Below, one piece after another: positions 9,517-19,836 of a DNA stretch of 64,000 nucleotides. Location of the stretch: IMG/VR virus record IMGVR_UViG_3300036766_002285. One strand, written 5' to 3'. Both the position numbers and the translations under genes were made by a program. Each line of letters starts with the position of its first letter. The first letter of the stretch is position 1. The DNA comes from an uncultured virus (IMG/VR IMGVR_UViG_3300036766_002285). Lineage: Duplodnaviria; Heunggongvirae; Uroviricota; Caudoviricetes. The notes under the pieces were generated by a model that saw nothing but the letters and a program-made list of their open reading frames with translations, was not told the DNA's origin and ran no database searches.

Positions 9517-11231
9517 TTTGTACTAGTTCCTAGTTTTATGGAACTTTATTGTGTTGTATAGTTGCATAATCTACTAGGTAAGGCATAGTATAAGGTATGA
9601 AGTTGCCTGAGTATGCAGTTAAAAAGCCGTCTCGTGTAGCGAAACCTAAAGGCCGGGTGTTACGTACCTTTGAGATGGTGCACGCGATGAACGCAGGTAA
9701 AGAGGAGCAAGTTCGGGCCGTCTATCACGCTTATCTACCACTGCTTGTTAAGACTTGCGCGATGCAGTATCGTCGGGTATTGTCTGGTGAAAAGATTTAT
9801 AACTGTGCTAACCCAAAACTTCTGGAAACAACCTTGTCTGAGCGTTACAAACGCAGTGCCAACAATCAGGCCTGCGAAACATTATCCTCCTGGGCTGCTC
9901 TTGTAGTAGTTGAGGTGCATAAGATTATCAAAAGTCTTGCCCATCTGTCGCATGAACATAAGAGCCGGCTACTCTATGTCAATGCTGCTCAACATTGGTA
10001 TCACACCGAAGATGATGGTACCTATCTTGTGCCCAGTTCCGTTCTCGATCCGGTTACCGGAAAATATCTGAAAGTTGCTAATAAGTTCGATGTGGTCAGT
10101 GCCGAGGATATGAAATTGTTGCGCTCAATCGTGAAACATGTTCGTAAGCACCGGGTGAGGCTCCCAGACTTATCCCACGTGCGTACCATGAAACTTAACG
10201 GAATTGTCTGCCAATGGGAAGCACCAGAATCTGCGAACAGTTTTGACTATTGGCTCCGGTTCTCTACTCTTACTAAAGGTAACCCGATACTCTTGCCGGT
10301 ACGTTCCACCTTTCATGAACAGGCACGTGAAGGGGTGTGGACTAACGCGACTCAAATCACGGTCCCTAAAACTGGACCTGTGGTCATCCGTATGGTGAAA
10401 GATGTTACCCCAGAATGTCGTCCAATACCTACTGGTGGGGTGGTTGGATTAGATTGGGGTATGAAAACGTTGTTTGCTACCTCCGAAGGCGGCTTGCTGG
10501 GACGGTCGTTTTATACCTGGCTTTTGAACATTGATAGTGAACTCACAGCCTTGACTGCGGCTCTGCAACGTCAAGGAATTAAACCCAGCACCTCGCCACG
10601 CTATCGCGCTATGCAGTCACGGATTAAGGCTTATGCTAAAAACGAGATCAACCGTATCTTGAACCGTATCGTAGACCTTTATGACCCAAGTGTTCTTGTT
10701 GTCGAGGAACTAAATTTTCGTCATGGTGGACTTTCTAAACGTTTGAATCGTATTATTAGCCGCATGGGTCGCGCTCAAGTGAAACAGAAACTTCAAGACC
10801 TCTCCCAAGACACCGGACTTGAAGTCACTATCGTCCCCGCAGCGTACAGCTCACAGGAATGTGTCGGTTGTGGTTTCGTAGACGACCGAAATAGAGTTAA
10901 AGAAGATTTTCGTTGCAAATTTTGTGGACGAAAAGGGCACGCCGATATTGAAGCTGCTCGTACAGTGAAGTCACGACGTTCGTGGCCGAGTGTGAGTTTG
11001 CAGTTCGGTAAGTCCAAAATCCTGCATAACATTGACGAACGGTTCACCCAGAGATGGGGAACCGATCCGAAGGCGCATCGCGCTAAGGGCCGTCGACCAC
11101 GTGCAGCGATAATACCAATACGCCCAAATGCAGACGGGCTAGGTGAGACATCAGATAACAGGTGCCTCACCAAAATTAGCATAAACAACGTCGCCTTAAA
11201 AGGGAACGTTGGTCTATGTTTTTAGATACTG
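9517..11231 (+). mobile_element. tnpB-only insertion element (probably IS607-like)
   Basis: Removal restores the host ORF in frame; TG(T) shared at both junctions; no terminal inverted repeats and no tnpA. Confidence 0.75.
9597..11225 (+). CDS. tnpB: Long (542 aa) TnpB-family RNA-guided nuclease
   Basis: RuvC GLDWG / VVEEL / HADIEAA; Zn finger CVGCG-CKFCG; N-terminal NAGK...LSERY pattern. Confidence 0.88.
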   Translation: MKLPEYAVKKPSRVAKPKGRVLRTFEMVHAMNAGKEEQVRAVYHAYLPLLVKTCAMQYRRVLSGEKIYNCANPKLLETTLSERYKRSANNQACETLSSWAALVVVEVHKIIKSLAHLSHEHKSRLLYVNAAQHWYHTEDDGTYLVPSSVLDPVTGKYLKVANKFDVVSAEDMKLLRSIVKHVRKHRVRLPDLSHVRTMKLNGIVCQWEAPESANSFDYWLRFSTLTKGNPILLPVRSTFHEQAREGVWTNATQITVPKTGPVVIRMVKDVTPECRPIPTGGVVGLDWGMKTLFATSEGGLLGRSFYTWLLNIDSELTALTAALQRQGIKPSTSPRYRAMQSRIKAYAKNEINRILNRIVDLYDPSVLVVEELNFRHGGLSKRLNRIISRMGRAQVKQKLQDLSQDTGLEVTIVPAAYSSQECVGCGFVDDRNRVKEDFRCKFCGRKGHADIEAARTVKSRRSWPSVSLQFGKSKILHNIDERFTQRWGTDPKAHRAKGRRPRAAIIPIRPNADGLGETSDNRCLTKISINNVALKGNVGLCF

Positions 11232-11383
11232 TATAGAACAAATTCAGATAATACAGATATTGCAGGCAAAAGTGGCTTTATTGGCAATGTCGAATTCCAT
11301 GATACATACGGGCCGACACCGCCAGATAGCGATCGGGGAATATTTGAAACAGAGCCTGATCTTTATAAAAATGGAGAACACAA

Positions 11384-11761
11384 ATGAACGCTAACTTAGA
11401 AAATCAAGACCAAAATTTAGCTAAACAGCTCGAGGATACTTTGCTGCTACTTGCGCAAGTAACCCTAGAGCGTGATATTGCCCAAGCGCAGCTAAACACT
11501 CCAGAATTACATGATTTTGCTAAAGGAGTAGTACTAGAAGCAGCTCACCAGCGTTTAGCTTGGAGTCCAGAACATGACGCGCAAAAATCTGCTCCCGACT
11601 GGTTCTGGCTGTTAGGATATTTGGTAGGTAAAGCTGTGCAGGCAGACAAAGAGAACAATACAGACAAAGTATTCCATCACATTATCACAACTGCAGCTGC
11701 GTGCGCAAACTGGCACGCGCATGTAACTAGAGAAAATATAAACACAGGAGAAATAACATGA
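11384..11761 (+). CDS. Phage-type protein, possibly MazG-like all-alpha fold
   Basis: NTPELHDFAKGVVLEAAHQR...DWFWLLGYLVGKA...HHIITTAAACANWH. Confidence 0.6.
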   Translation: MNANLENQDQNLAKQLEDTLLLLAQVTLERDIAQAQLNTPELHDFAKGVVLEAAHQRLAWSPEHDAQKSAPDWFWLLGYLVGKAVQADKENNTDKVFHHIITTAAACANWHAHVTRENINTGEIT

Positions 11762-12054
11762 CTGAAAAACTAACATATAGACGAGCAGACGGTGATACTT
11801 TTATAGCTAATTGGCATACCGAAAATGAGTGGTCAAAAGAAACCACAGATAGAAGCTGTTTTGCTTTAGACGATTCAGTCACTAAAGTAATTGAAGAAAA
11901 GTGGGTACTTGTAGCAACCCGTGAAATAACTCTAGGTGGGGCCGAAACCTGCCCGGAATGTCAGGATTGGGACTGGGATAAAAAGATTTCCTGCAAAGCA
12001 TGTTTAGGCACCGAGCGGGTGCTATATACAGATCCTCCTTGGAAAACGGTTTAG
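11758..12054 (+). CDS. Zn-finger family protein (paralogue of 8403 and 4619)
   Basis: TYRRADG; CPEC; CKACLGT. Confidence 0.7.
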   Translation: MTEKLTYRRADGDTFIANWHTENEWSKETTDRSCFALDDSVTKVIEEKWVLVATREITLGGAETCPECQDWDWDKKISCKACLGTERVLYTDPPWKTV

Positions 12055-12104
12055 ATAGATATTAGTATAAGCGCCAATAGTAAATAGTAATAAAAGGAGC
12101 CAAT

Positions 12105-12278
12105 ATGGCAAGTGACCGATCTAAAAAGAAAACAAAGATAAAGATAACGAACACAGTAGCAGCAATTACAATGACGAGCGCAGTAGTAGAAGCTACACAA
12201 CCGAGAGTGGTTATAGCCCGTACTATGAAACTCAGCGAGATTCTCTGCCAAGCCATTATGATCAATAATATAATGTGA
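12105..12278 (+). CDS. Small protein with basic N-terminus (57 aa, not in ORF track)
   Basis: AAGGAG SD downstream of the GCGCCAATAGT motif. Confidence 0.5.
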   Translation: MASDRSKKKTKIKITNTVAAITMTSAVVEATQPRVVIARTMKLSEILCQAIMINNIM

Positions 12279-12287
12279 GGACCAACA

Positions 12288-12563
12288 ATGGATAAAATAT
12301 CAAGAGTATCAAACGAAAATTTTGAAGATAACAAGCCAGACGACCATGTCGAGTATCCAGATATGGACAGAGAACTAGAACTGCGTTATAGAGAAGTAGG
12401 TAAAGCAATTGTGCACCGCGACAGCCTCGTTTCCAGAGCCCAAGATGGAGGAGATGGCGAAATTTTGTTTTTAATCGCTCAGGAACAACTTGATGACTCT
12501 TATAAACGCCTAACAGACTATCAAAAAGATCCTAGATCGTGGAGACTGAAATCAGATGAATAG
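12288..12563 (+). CDS. Hypothetical protein
   Basis: GAGG SD; co-directional. Confidence 0.6.
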   Translation: MDKISRVSNENFEDNKPDDHVEYPDMDRELELRYREVGKAIVHRDSLVSRAQDGGDGEILFLIAQEQLDDSYKRLTDYQKDPRSWRLKSDE

Positions 12564-12807
12564 TACAGCTTCAACAGTAATGTATGCGACATGTCAAGAG
12601 TGTGGAAACGCCTTCGGGTCGACAGCATGCTGTGATAAATGTATAAATATCCAACCAATGCCTTACATAGTTGACGATAAATTTTTTCCATATAACCAAG
12701 TATCACCAGTTATAACTGTAAATATCAATATTAACTACCAGGAAACCGCCCATTCTCCTAAAGATCCGCTCGGCGACCGCGGCCCTTTCTACGAACCTAT
12801 AAAATAA
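12556..12807 (+). CDS. Small Cys-rich (CxxC) protein
   Basis: CQECG...CCDKC. Confidence 0.55.
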   Translation: MNSTASTVMYATCQECGNAFGSTACCDKCINIQPMPYIVDDKFFPYNQVSPVITVNININYQETAHSPKDPLGDRGPFYEPIK

Positions 12808-12809
12808 GT

Positions 12810-13370
12810 ATGGAAGCCGTACTTACGCGCGATGAAGTTTTAAAAGAAATAAAAGCTGGAAAAGCGTTTAGCTACCGTGATTTATCTGGCATAGACTTAA
12901 GTTACTGCGATCTAACTCGTGTTATTTTTAATAATACAGATCTTCAAGGCGCTAATCTAGCACACGCACATATGGCGGGCTGTGACTTACGGGGCGCCGA
13001 CTTGCGAAAAGCAGATTTATCATATGTAAATTTGACCAGAGCTGACTTGTACAAAGCCATTTTATACAAAACTAATTTACATGGAGCCATTTTAGCGGGC
13101 TCCTGGGATAAGCGAGTTAGCTTAGAAAAAGTTCAGGCATCTGATGCTAATTTTTCTTATGCTGATTTACGATGGGTAGATTTTTCAGGTGCTGAATTAA
13201 CCCATACAGATTTTACCGGCGCAGATTTAGAGAGTGCAGACTTGGATGATGTAAGTCTGTGGCGCGCAAATTTTACGAATGCAAACTTAACAAAAGCCGT
13301 GGTTAATTCAAGTTATTTGGAACAGACAATTCTAACAAACACCACAATGCCAGATGGAAGCATTAGATAG
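12810..13370 (+). CDS. Pentapeptide-repeat protein
   Basis: A(D/N)Lxx repeats; C-terminal TTMPDG. Confidence 0.9.
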   Translation: MEAVLTRDEVLKEIKAGKAFSYRDLSGIDLSYCDLTRVIFNNTDLQGANLAHAHMAGCDLRGADLRKADLSYVNLTRADLYKAILYKTNLHGAILAGSWDKRVSLEKVQASDANFSYADLRWVDFSGAELTHTDFTGADLESADLDDVSLWRANFTNANLTKAVVNSSYLEQTILTNTTMPDGSIR

Positions 13371-13469
13371 TTTATCAAAAAACAGGCTAGTAAAGTACCT
13401 TGTAACTTTGAATATAAAAAGAAGGGCTACAATCACCAATGTGGTAACTATAGCCCTTCTCTAACGATT

Positions 13470-14858
13470 TTAGACCGCGACCGAAGTTTCTAGTAAGTCG
13501 ATAAGAGTAGAGTTCCACTCTTTGCTTAAAACTAATAGAAATTCCCATCCGCCCAAATTCTTGTCCATGTATGAACAAACAGAATCATGAAGTTCTTGAA
13601 CTGATCTTAGATCCAAAGTAGGTAGCGCAGTTTTGCTGAAAAGCAATATCAACTCGCCAATCCACGGTAATTTAGAAATTGAATTGGATCCTTCGTCAGC
13701 TGCATCAAGTACTGTTTTAACAGCCGTACCCAGCTCCAAGCGCCTAACCGCATCAATAGAATTGATTATGTGGGTTATTTCGCCTGTCTCTGGTTTTCTA
13801 GGAGTGAGTCCGCAAAAAAAGTTTGCTATCACGGACGGGGAGGCATGGTTCAATATAAGAAGCATGGTCTCTGGGCTTACTGTATCAGTAGATGAAAACA
13901 ATATAGCGCCAAGTTCCTCTGGTTCTAAAATATCAACCATACTCTCTAGGTTAGTCCACCATTTTTTAAACTCTGGTGTGCGAAGTGGTTTCATGTAACC
14001 AAATTCTCTGAGCAATGCTATAGCTGGTTTTACGCAGCGTTTAGTAAATTTCGGAGTATCAGCTAGACTGCCTAACAATACTTGACCAACCTCTGGTTGA
14101 TCGTGTGCCCATAAAACTATGTCCGAGGTAATTATACCAAGGTCACTGTTGATAAGAGCATATTTGAGTTCATCTACAAGCTCTGGGCAAAATACCTCAA
14201 GTCGCATAAAAAAGTCTTCTCGACTTTTAACAACGAAATGTTGTACCAGTGCCGCTGCTTGAGAACCAGGGGACTCTTCCGAGTCGTCATCATAATAAAC
14301 ATCTTCGTCAGAATCGCCACCGTAAGTTGAACTAGCAAAAATTATATTGCCCACATGCGTAAGTCCTGCTACTAGCAAGTCTTTATCGAAGGCATATATT
14401 TCTTTGACACTTTCAACTCTAACTGTGCTAACCAGCTCTGTGACGGCTAAAATTCTGCTCGTAAGTTCAAGAGACAGGTCTTTAGCAGTTGCTGTAAGTG
14501 ACGTAATGCTTGAAACAAAATGTGTTGCCATTTTGCTAACATTAGGATCAGCATCAGTTGCAAGTATCTGCAAAGTTGCTAACGTAACCAGCGGATTGCA
14601 AACAGCTCCAAGGCGCACAAGTGCACTAGGATTTGTAGCCATTGCAGCACACATTTGTGCGTCTGGAACAAGTCCTGCTATAATTGAACTGCTGTTATTA
14701 CCATCGTGCATCATTAAAAGCTCAGAGAGTAAAGTAGGGCTAGGTGCGACCCCAACAAACCGTAATTCTGGAATAGATGCATAACGCCATAGCAGTTCTG
14801 AAGTATCACTTTGGGCCTGTCGTGCAGCTAAAAGTGTTGTAGCCAGTGGTGAAGACAT
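13470..14858 (-). CDS. Helical LRV/HEAT-like repeat protein, paralogue of 1445
   Basis: LVRLGAVCNPLVTLATLQILATDADPNV; shared C-terminal W..F....W..TL..LL motif. Confidence 0.65.
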   Translation of the reverse strand: MSSPLATTLLAARQAQSDTSELLWRYASIPELRFVGVAPSPTLLSELLMMHDGNNSSSIIAGLVPDAQMCAAMATNPSALVRLGAVCNPLVTLATLQILATDADPNVSKMATHFVSSITSLTATAKDLSLELTSRILAVTELVSTVRVESVKEIYAFDKDLLVAGLTHVGNIIFASSTYGGDSDEDVYYDDDSEESPGSQAAALVQHFVVKSREDFFMRLEVFCPELVDELKYALINSDLGIITSDIVLWAHDQPEVGQVLLGSLADTPKFTKRCVKPAIALLREFGYMKPLRTPEFKKWWTNLESMVDILEPEELGAILFSSTDTVSPETMLLILNHASPSVIANFFCGLTPRKPETGEITHIINSIDAVRRLELGTAVKTVLDAADEGSNSISKLPWIGELILLFSKTALPTLDLRSVQELHDSVCSYMDKNLGGWEFLLVLSKEWNSTLIDLLETSVAV

Positions 14859-15087
14859 AGGTCTTTACCTTTCTGTTAAGGAGAGTTACCCCGTTTTTAT
14901 GTAATCTGCATCTGACAGTAGGTGCGAATCGGCTTATACCAATAAAATTTTATAAGAATTAATTATAGCCGAAACTCTCAGTATTTAAGCTGTTTTAGGC
15001 TTGGTAGGATCTTTTTATTTAGGTAAAATACCAACTAACTTAGCAAGTCAGCCGGCAAGCCTTTTCCTTTAGCTGAGCCTATAACAC

Positions 15088-15555
15088 CTACCCACGCCTG
15101 GGTTGTTCTACGATAGCATACAGTACTCTATCTATTTCCAAAATAGCTAGTAATAATCTAAGATAATGGGCATTAAAATTATCTGCCGTCATTCCAGTGC
15201 TTGTTAGACTATTATTTTTAAGCTCTATTTTGTGTTTGGTTAAAATCTCGTCAATAAGTTTTTGGCACGCATCTGATTGTATCTCACAACCACTATGTTC
15301 GAGATCGACTAAAGTACTGCTGTCATCAGATAAAACAGCATCATCATCCTCCATGACAAGATACATTTGGATATAGTCATTGTGACGATCAAAATAATCC
15401 GTAGTTATTTCCCAACTTACACCATAGCCGTAGCCTAATTTCTTTACGTCTTTGATGCTAGCCGCACGAAGCGATGCCGTAGACAGTAAGGTGGATAGGT
15501 TACTACTAATTTCTAGCATTTCGTCCGGTGTTTTTTGGCTAGTTTTATTGTCCAT
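15088..15555 (-). CDS. DUF1828-like protein
   Basis: EITTDYFDRHNDYIQMY...LSDDSSTLVDL. Confidence 0.7.
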   Translation of the reverse strand: MDNKTSQKTPDEMLEISSNLSTLLSTASLRAASIKDVKKLGYGYGVSWEITTDYFDRHNDYIQMYLVMEDDDAVLSDDSSTLVDLEHSGCEIQSDACQKLIDEILTKHKIELKNNSLTSTGMTADNFNAHYLRLLLAILEIDRVLYAIVEQPRRG

Positions 15556-15574
15556 AATACTTCTCCTGTGTTAT

Positions 15575-15976
15575 TTATTTACTTGTTGACCCGTCCGGCA
15601 TCTGGGTACCACACAGTAGCGCTTGGGACAGCATTGCTTGTGTACAGCCAATAGTCAATATTAAATTTGCACCAGTTAAATCAGCACCATTTAGCTCAGC
15701 ACCCGTAAGGTTAGCTTTATATAAATTAGTATTCGTCAAGTCAGCTCCTCTAAGTATGGCGTCTTGTAAAGTAGCTTCACTGATAATTGCACGGCAGAGA
15801 TTAGCGTCCTCTAAATTCGCTCCTCGCAGGTCAGCAAATCTAAGATCGGCATCGTGCAGGTCAGCCCCGCGTAGTTCAGCATAGCGCAGATCAGCACCCG
15901 TGAGATCGGCGTGTGCTAGACTTTGTCCTACCCGAACTTTTCGCTCAATCTGTGCTTTGCGTGCTTCTGAGTTCAT
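15575..15976 (-). CDS. Pentapeptide-repeat protein
   Basis: ADLTG/ADLRY repeats; TQMPDG; AGGAG SD before MNSEARK. Confidence 0.9.
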   Translation of the reverse strand: MNSEARKAQIERKVRVGQSLAHADLTGADLRYAELRGADLHDADLRFADLRGANLEDANLCRAIISEATLQDAILRGADLTNTNLYKANLTGAELNGADLTGANLILTIGCTQAMLSQALLCGTQMPDGSTSK

Positions 15977-16039
15977 GTTAGTTTCTCCTGAGATGGCCAC
16001 ATTATACTATACGCGCTCTTATATCATATACAAAACATT

Positions 16040-19000
16040 TTAACGCCTAGAATCAATAAAAGAAGTGCTAGAAAACCCATAGTTCACTAGTCTACGCATT
16101 AGTGTCTTTGAAGTACACCTCTGGCCACCATTTTCTAGTATGCAGGTTCGAGTTATAGTTGTAGTCATAGTTTCTATTACAGTAATCTTTGTAATTGCAA
16201 TATTTCTAGGAACTAGAGTAGTAGTGGTTGTAGAGTTACTAAATACCGTAGTTGAAGTTGTAGTAGATGGATTATTCAAAACAGTTGAAGTAGTAATATT
16301 CTCTAGTACTGTAGTTGGAACACTTGCTACAGTCGTTGATGTCGTAGTTGTGGTTTGTATTACGGGCGGTAGACTTGGCGCTCTTGGAATAATACGTGCC
16401 GAAGCATCAGAAGGGTCACTTTGTCCAGAGTTATTTACGGCAATAACTCTAAACTTATATGGTGTATCATTTTGTAGATTTACTAGAGTCACTCTCGTCA
16501 TAGCAGACTGACCAGTACTCATAAAGTCCCAAGATCTGCCACCAGTAGTAGTGTATTCTACTATATAATCTGTAATAGGAGTATCCCCAGAATCTGTGGG
16601 GGCACGCCAATGTAAAATCACACGGCGATTTCCAGGCGAACCAGTAACCCCGAAAGGTGCACTTGGTGCTCCAGATACTGGAATAGTAGTGGTTGTTGTT
16701 TCTGGGATAGTTGTTGTTGTAGTTTCCTGTACACTAGTAGTTGTATTTGGTATAGCTATAGTCGTGGTTGTTGCTACTGCGGGCGTTGCTCCAGCAGACA
16801 TTGCTGACTGCAAGCTTTCTCCAGCTCTGTTGATAGCTGTAGCTCTAAACTTATAGGTAGTACCGTTAGATAGACCAGTTATAGATACACTAGGGGTAGC
16901 AGATACGGTATCTGCAAAAGTAGTCCAGCTGGTGCCGGAATTGGTTGTATAATCTATCTTGTAGTCAGTAATTGCAGATCCACCATTATTAGGGGCAGTC
17001 CAAGTTAAATCTACTTGAGTGCTGCCAGCAGTAATATTAAGACTTGCTATTTTAGCTGGTTCGGTTGTAGAGTTGATAGTGCGGCCGGATCCTAGAGACA
17101 CTGCTGGTAGGTTATCACCCATCTCTAATGGCTCGTCTCCACGACTGCTATTATCATTGTAACCAGCCTGGCCAAATTGAGCGCTTCCCCAACATTTTAA
17201 AGTATTATCATCCAAAATAGCACAAGTATGTACGTTACCGGTACTGATTGCTTTAGCTGTACGCCCGACACCTAGATCTACAGCAAGCAAAGCGTCTCCC
17301 ATTTCATCTGGTTCATCGCCCAGCGAATTTCCGTTACTATAGCCAAGTATTCCTCCTCCCCAACATTTTACAGTAAAGTTGTCTAATATAACGCAAGCAT
17401 GAACATAGCTGGCATTAACAGCTATAGCGGTACGCGCAGATCCTAAATTTACTATTGGTAAATTATCACCCATTTCACCAGATTCATCACCACGATTATT
17501 AGTATCACCTAAACCGAGCTCGCCATCTACATTATATCCCCAACATTTTACGGTGTTGTTATCTAATATAGCACAAGCACTATCACCGCTAGTACTGATT
17601 GCTTTAGCGCTACGACCGGTGCCTAGGTCAACTATTGGTAAACTGTCTCCCATTTCATCTGGTTCATCTCCACGATAACTAGTATCTCCATAACCTAGTT
17701 CACCGGCGTCATTATATCCCCAACATTTTAAAGTATTATCATCCAAAATAGCACAAGTATGTGCGTCACCAGCACTAATTGCTTTAGCTGTACGCCCGGC
17801 ACCTAAATCAACTATTGGTAGACTGTCACCCATTTCACCTATCCCATCACCGCGTGGATTATTATCCCCGTAGCCTAATTGCCCAGCCCAATTAGCTCCC
17901 CAACATTTTAGGGTACTATTGTCTAATATTGCACAAGTATAATCACCACCAGCACTAATTGCTTTAGCTGTACGCCCGGCACCTAAATCAACTATTGGTA
18001 GACTGTCACCCATTTCACCTATCCCATCACCGCGTGGATTATTATCCCCGTAGCCTAATTGCCCAGCCCAATTAGCTCCCCAACATTTTAGGGTACTATT
18101 GTCTAATATTGCACAAGTATAATCACCACCAGCACTAATTGCTTTAGCTGTACGCCCAGTACCTAGGTCTATTGCTGGTAGCAAATCTCCCATAGAAGTA
18201 GTAGTATCACCGCGACTATTTTTGTCTCCTAAACCAAGCTGGCCAGAAGTATTGTACCCCCAACATTTTACGGTTAAATCATTTAGAATTACACAAGTGT
18301 GAAAAGAGTGCAAACTTAAAGCCGTGGCAGTAAGTGATGATCCTAGATTTATTGCAGACAGATTATCACCCATTTCATTAGAAGCATCTCCCAGAGATTG
18401 TGCATCACCGTAACCTAATCCGCCATTATAATTTCCTCCCCAACATTTCACAGTATTGTTGTCTAATATAGCACAAGTATGCAAAAAACCAGTAACGACA
18501 GTCACTGGAGTGCGCGCAGTGCCTAGATCTACGATAGGTAAATTATCGCCCATTTCTCCCGACTCGTTTCCGCGCCGGACATCATCACCATAGCCAGATT
18601 GTCCATAACTATTATCTCCCCAGCATTTTATGGTGTCATTGTCTAGTATTGCACAGGTGTGTGAAATACCCGCACTAATCATTTTAGCGGTACGGCCGGA
18701 ACCTAGATCCACTGCTAGTAAGTTATCACCCATTTCATCTGCGTTATCTCCGCGAATGACCGTATCACCATAACCAAGCCTGCCGTCAGAGTTTTCTCCC
18801 CAACATTTTACGGTATTATTATCTAATATGACGCAAGTATGTGAATTAACAGTACTAATTGCTTTAGCGGTACGCCCGGTACCAAGATCTACAGTAGGCA
18901 AATTATTGCCCATTTCGTTTGCGTTGTCCCCACGATTACTAGTGTCTCCATAGCCAAGTATACCACTATAGCCCCAGCCCCAGCATTTTACAGTATTATT

Positions 19001-19750
19001 ATCTAAAATAACACAGACGTGCTCATTACTTGCAGTAATAACTTTAGCGGTACGATCAGTACCTAGATCTACTGTTGCAAGATTATCACCCATCTCATTT
19101 GCGTTATCTCCACGAGAGCTAGTATCGCCATAACCGAGCCGGCCAGATCCGCCATCCCCCCAACATTTTACAGTATTGTCATCTAGTATAGCACAAGTGT
19201 AATATGCGCCGGCCGCAACAGCTTTAGCGGTGTGATTAGTACCAAGGTCTACTGCAGGTAGACTATTACCCATCTCTAATGCATTATCTCCCCGATAATC
19301 AGTATCACCAATACCGAGTTGTCCATAATAATTACTTCCCCAGCATTTTATCATGTCGTTGTCTAATATTACACACGTATGGTCATAACCAGCACTAATT
19401 GCTTTAGCGCTACGACCGGTACCAAGATCTACTCTTAATAGGTTGCCTCCCATATTGCTTGTTCCGTCTCCACGCTGATCTATATCACCATAACCAAGCT
19501 GCCCCGAGTCATTATTTCCATAACATTTTACGGTACTGTTATCTAACAAAGTACAAGTATGATACACACCAGTATCTAAATACTGCCCGAATGCCTGAGT
19601 CTGTGTAGCATTCCCATTAACGTCGCTGAGAGAACCACCAGATACGTCGGCTTGAACATTGAGGGGTACCATACTTCCAGACAGCATTATAAAAGCACCC
19701 GTTATTAATAAAACGGAAAACTTCTTGCAAAGTCTAGAAAATGTATACAT
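16040..19750 (-). CDS. Secreted RCC1/BLIP-II-repeat beta-propeller protein with two fibronectin type III domains and Thr-rich linkers
   Basis: Signal peptide; about 14 60-aa repeats HTCAILDNNTVKCWG.N..GQLGYGD; two FN3 domains (LTWTAP..GGSAITDY, LHWRAP..GDTPITDY). Confidence 0.9.
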   Translation of the reverse strand: MYTFSRLCKKFSVLLITGAFIMLSGSMVPLNVQADVSGGSLSDVNGNATQTQAFGQYLDTGVYHTCTLLDNSTVKCYGNNDSGQLGYGDIDQRGDGTSNMGGNLLRVDLGTGRSAKAISAGYDHTCVILDNDMIKCWGSNYYGQLGIGDTDYRGDNALEMGNSLPAVDLGTNHTAKAVAAGAYYTCAILDDNTVKCWGDGGSGRLGYGDTSSRGDNANEMGDNLATVDLGTDRTAKVITASNEHVCVILDNNTVKCWGWGYSGILGYGDTSNRGDNANEMGNNLPTVDLGTGRTAKAISTVNSHTCVILDNNTVKCWGENSDGRLGYGDTVIRGDNADEMGDNLLAVDLGSGRTAKMISAGISHTCAILDNDTIKCWGDNSYGQSGYGDDVRRGNESGEMGDNLPIVDLGTARTPVTVVTGFLHTCAILDNNTVKCWGGNYNGGLGYGDAQSLGDASNEMGDNLSAINLGSSLTATALSLHSFHTCVILNDLTVKCWGYNTSGQLGLGDKNSRGDTTTSMGDLLPAIDLGTGRTAKAISAGGDYTCAILDNSTLKCWGANWAGQLGYGDNNPRGDGIGEMGDSLPIVDLGAGRTAKAISAGGDYTCAILDNSTLKCWGANWAGQLGYGDNNPRGDGIGEMGDSLPIVDLGAGRTAKAISAGDAHTCAILDDNTLKCWGYNDAGELGYGDTSYRGDEPDEMGDSLPIVDLGTGRSAKAISTSGDSACAILDNNTVKCWGYNVDGELGLGDTNNRGDESGEMGDNLPIVNLGSARTAIAVNASYVHACVILDNFTVKCWGGGILGYSNGNSLGDEPDEMGDALLAVDLGVGRTAKAISTGNVHTCAILDDNTLKCWGSAQFGQAGYNDNSSRGDEPLEMGDNLPAVSLGSGRTINSTTEPAKIASLNITAGSTQVDLTWTAPNNGGSAITDYKIDYTTNSGTSWTTFADTVSATPSVSITGLSNGTTYKFRATAINRAGESLQSAMSAGATPAVATTTTIAIPNTTTSVQETTTTTIPETTTTTIPVSGAPSAPFGVTGSPGNRRVILHWRAPTDSGDTPITDYIVEYTTTGGRSWDFMSTGQSAMTRVTLVNLQNDTPYKFRVIAVNNSGQSDPSDASARIIPRAPSLPPVIQTTTTTSTTVASVPTTVLENITTSTVLNNPSTTTSTTVFSNSTTTTTLVPRNIAITKITVIETMTTTITRTCILENGGQRCTSKTLMRRLVNYGFSSTSFIDSRR
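17767..18157. repeat. Perfect 180-bp tandem duplication inside the RCC1-repeat gene
   Basis: Sequence repeats exactly with period 180 (e.g. 17821-17940 equals 18001-18120). Confidence 0.9.
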
Positions 19751-19836
19751 GGCTATAACTGTGCGTTTTTAAATAAATAGCTTGCAAGTAACCTTGCTAT
19801 TATTAGGGCAGTTTTTAGGTGTTAATTTGCGTAAAG

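Larger units (their letters stand above)
9208..11387 (+). pseudogene. Paralogue of 8801 interrupted by a tnpB element
   Basis: 9208-9516 (...DGSFRWYV) continues at 11232 (YRTNSDNTDIAGKSGFIGNVEFHDTYGPT...), matching IGNVEFYEMYEPT of 8801; ends in an ATGA overlap with 11384. Confidence 0.8.

Noticed and set aside
9517..11231. IStron (group I intron-IS hybrid) restoring the interrupted gene
   Set aside because: Only 80 bp precede tnpB, too little for a ribozyme core.
14860..15085. Riboswitch in the leader of 13470-14858
   Set aside because: Only weak short hairpins and no recognisable aptamer motif.
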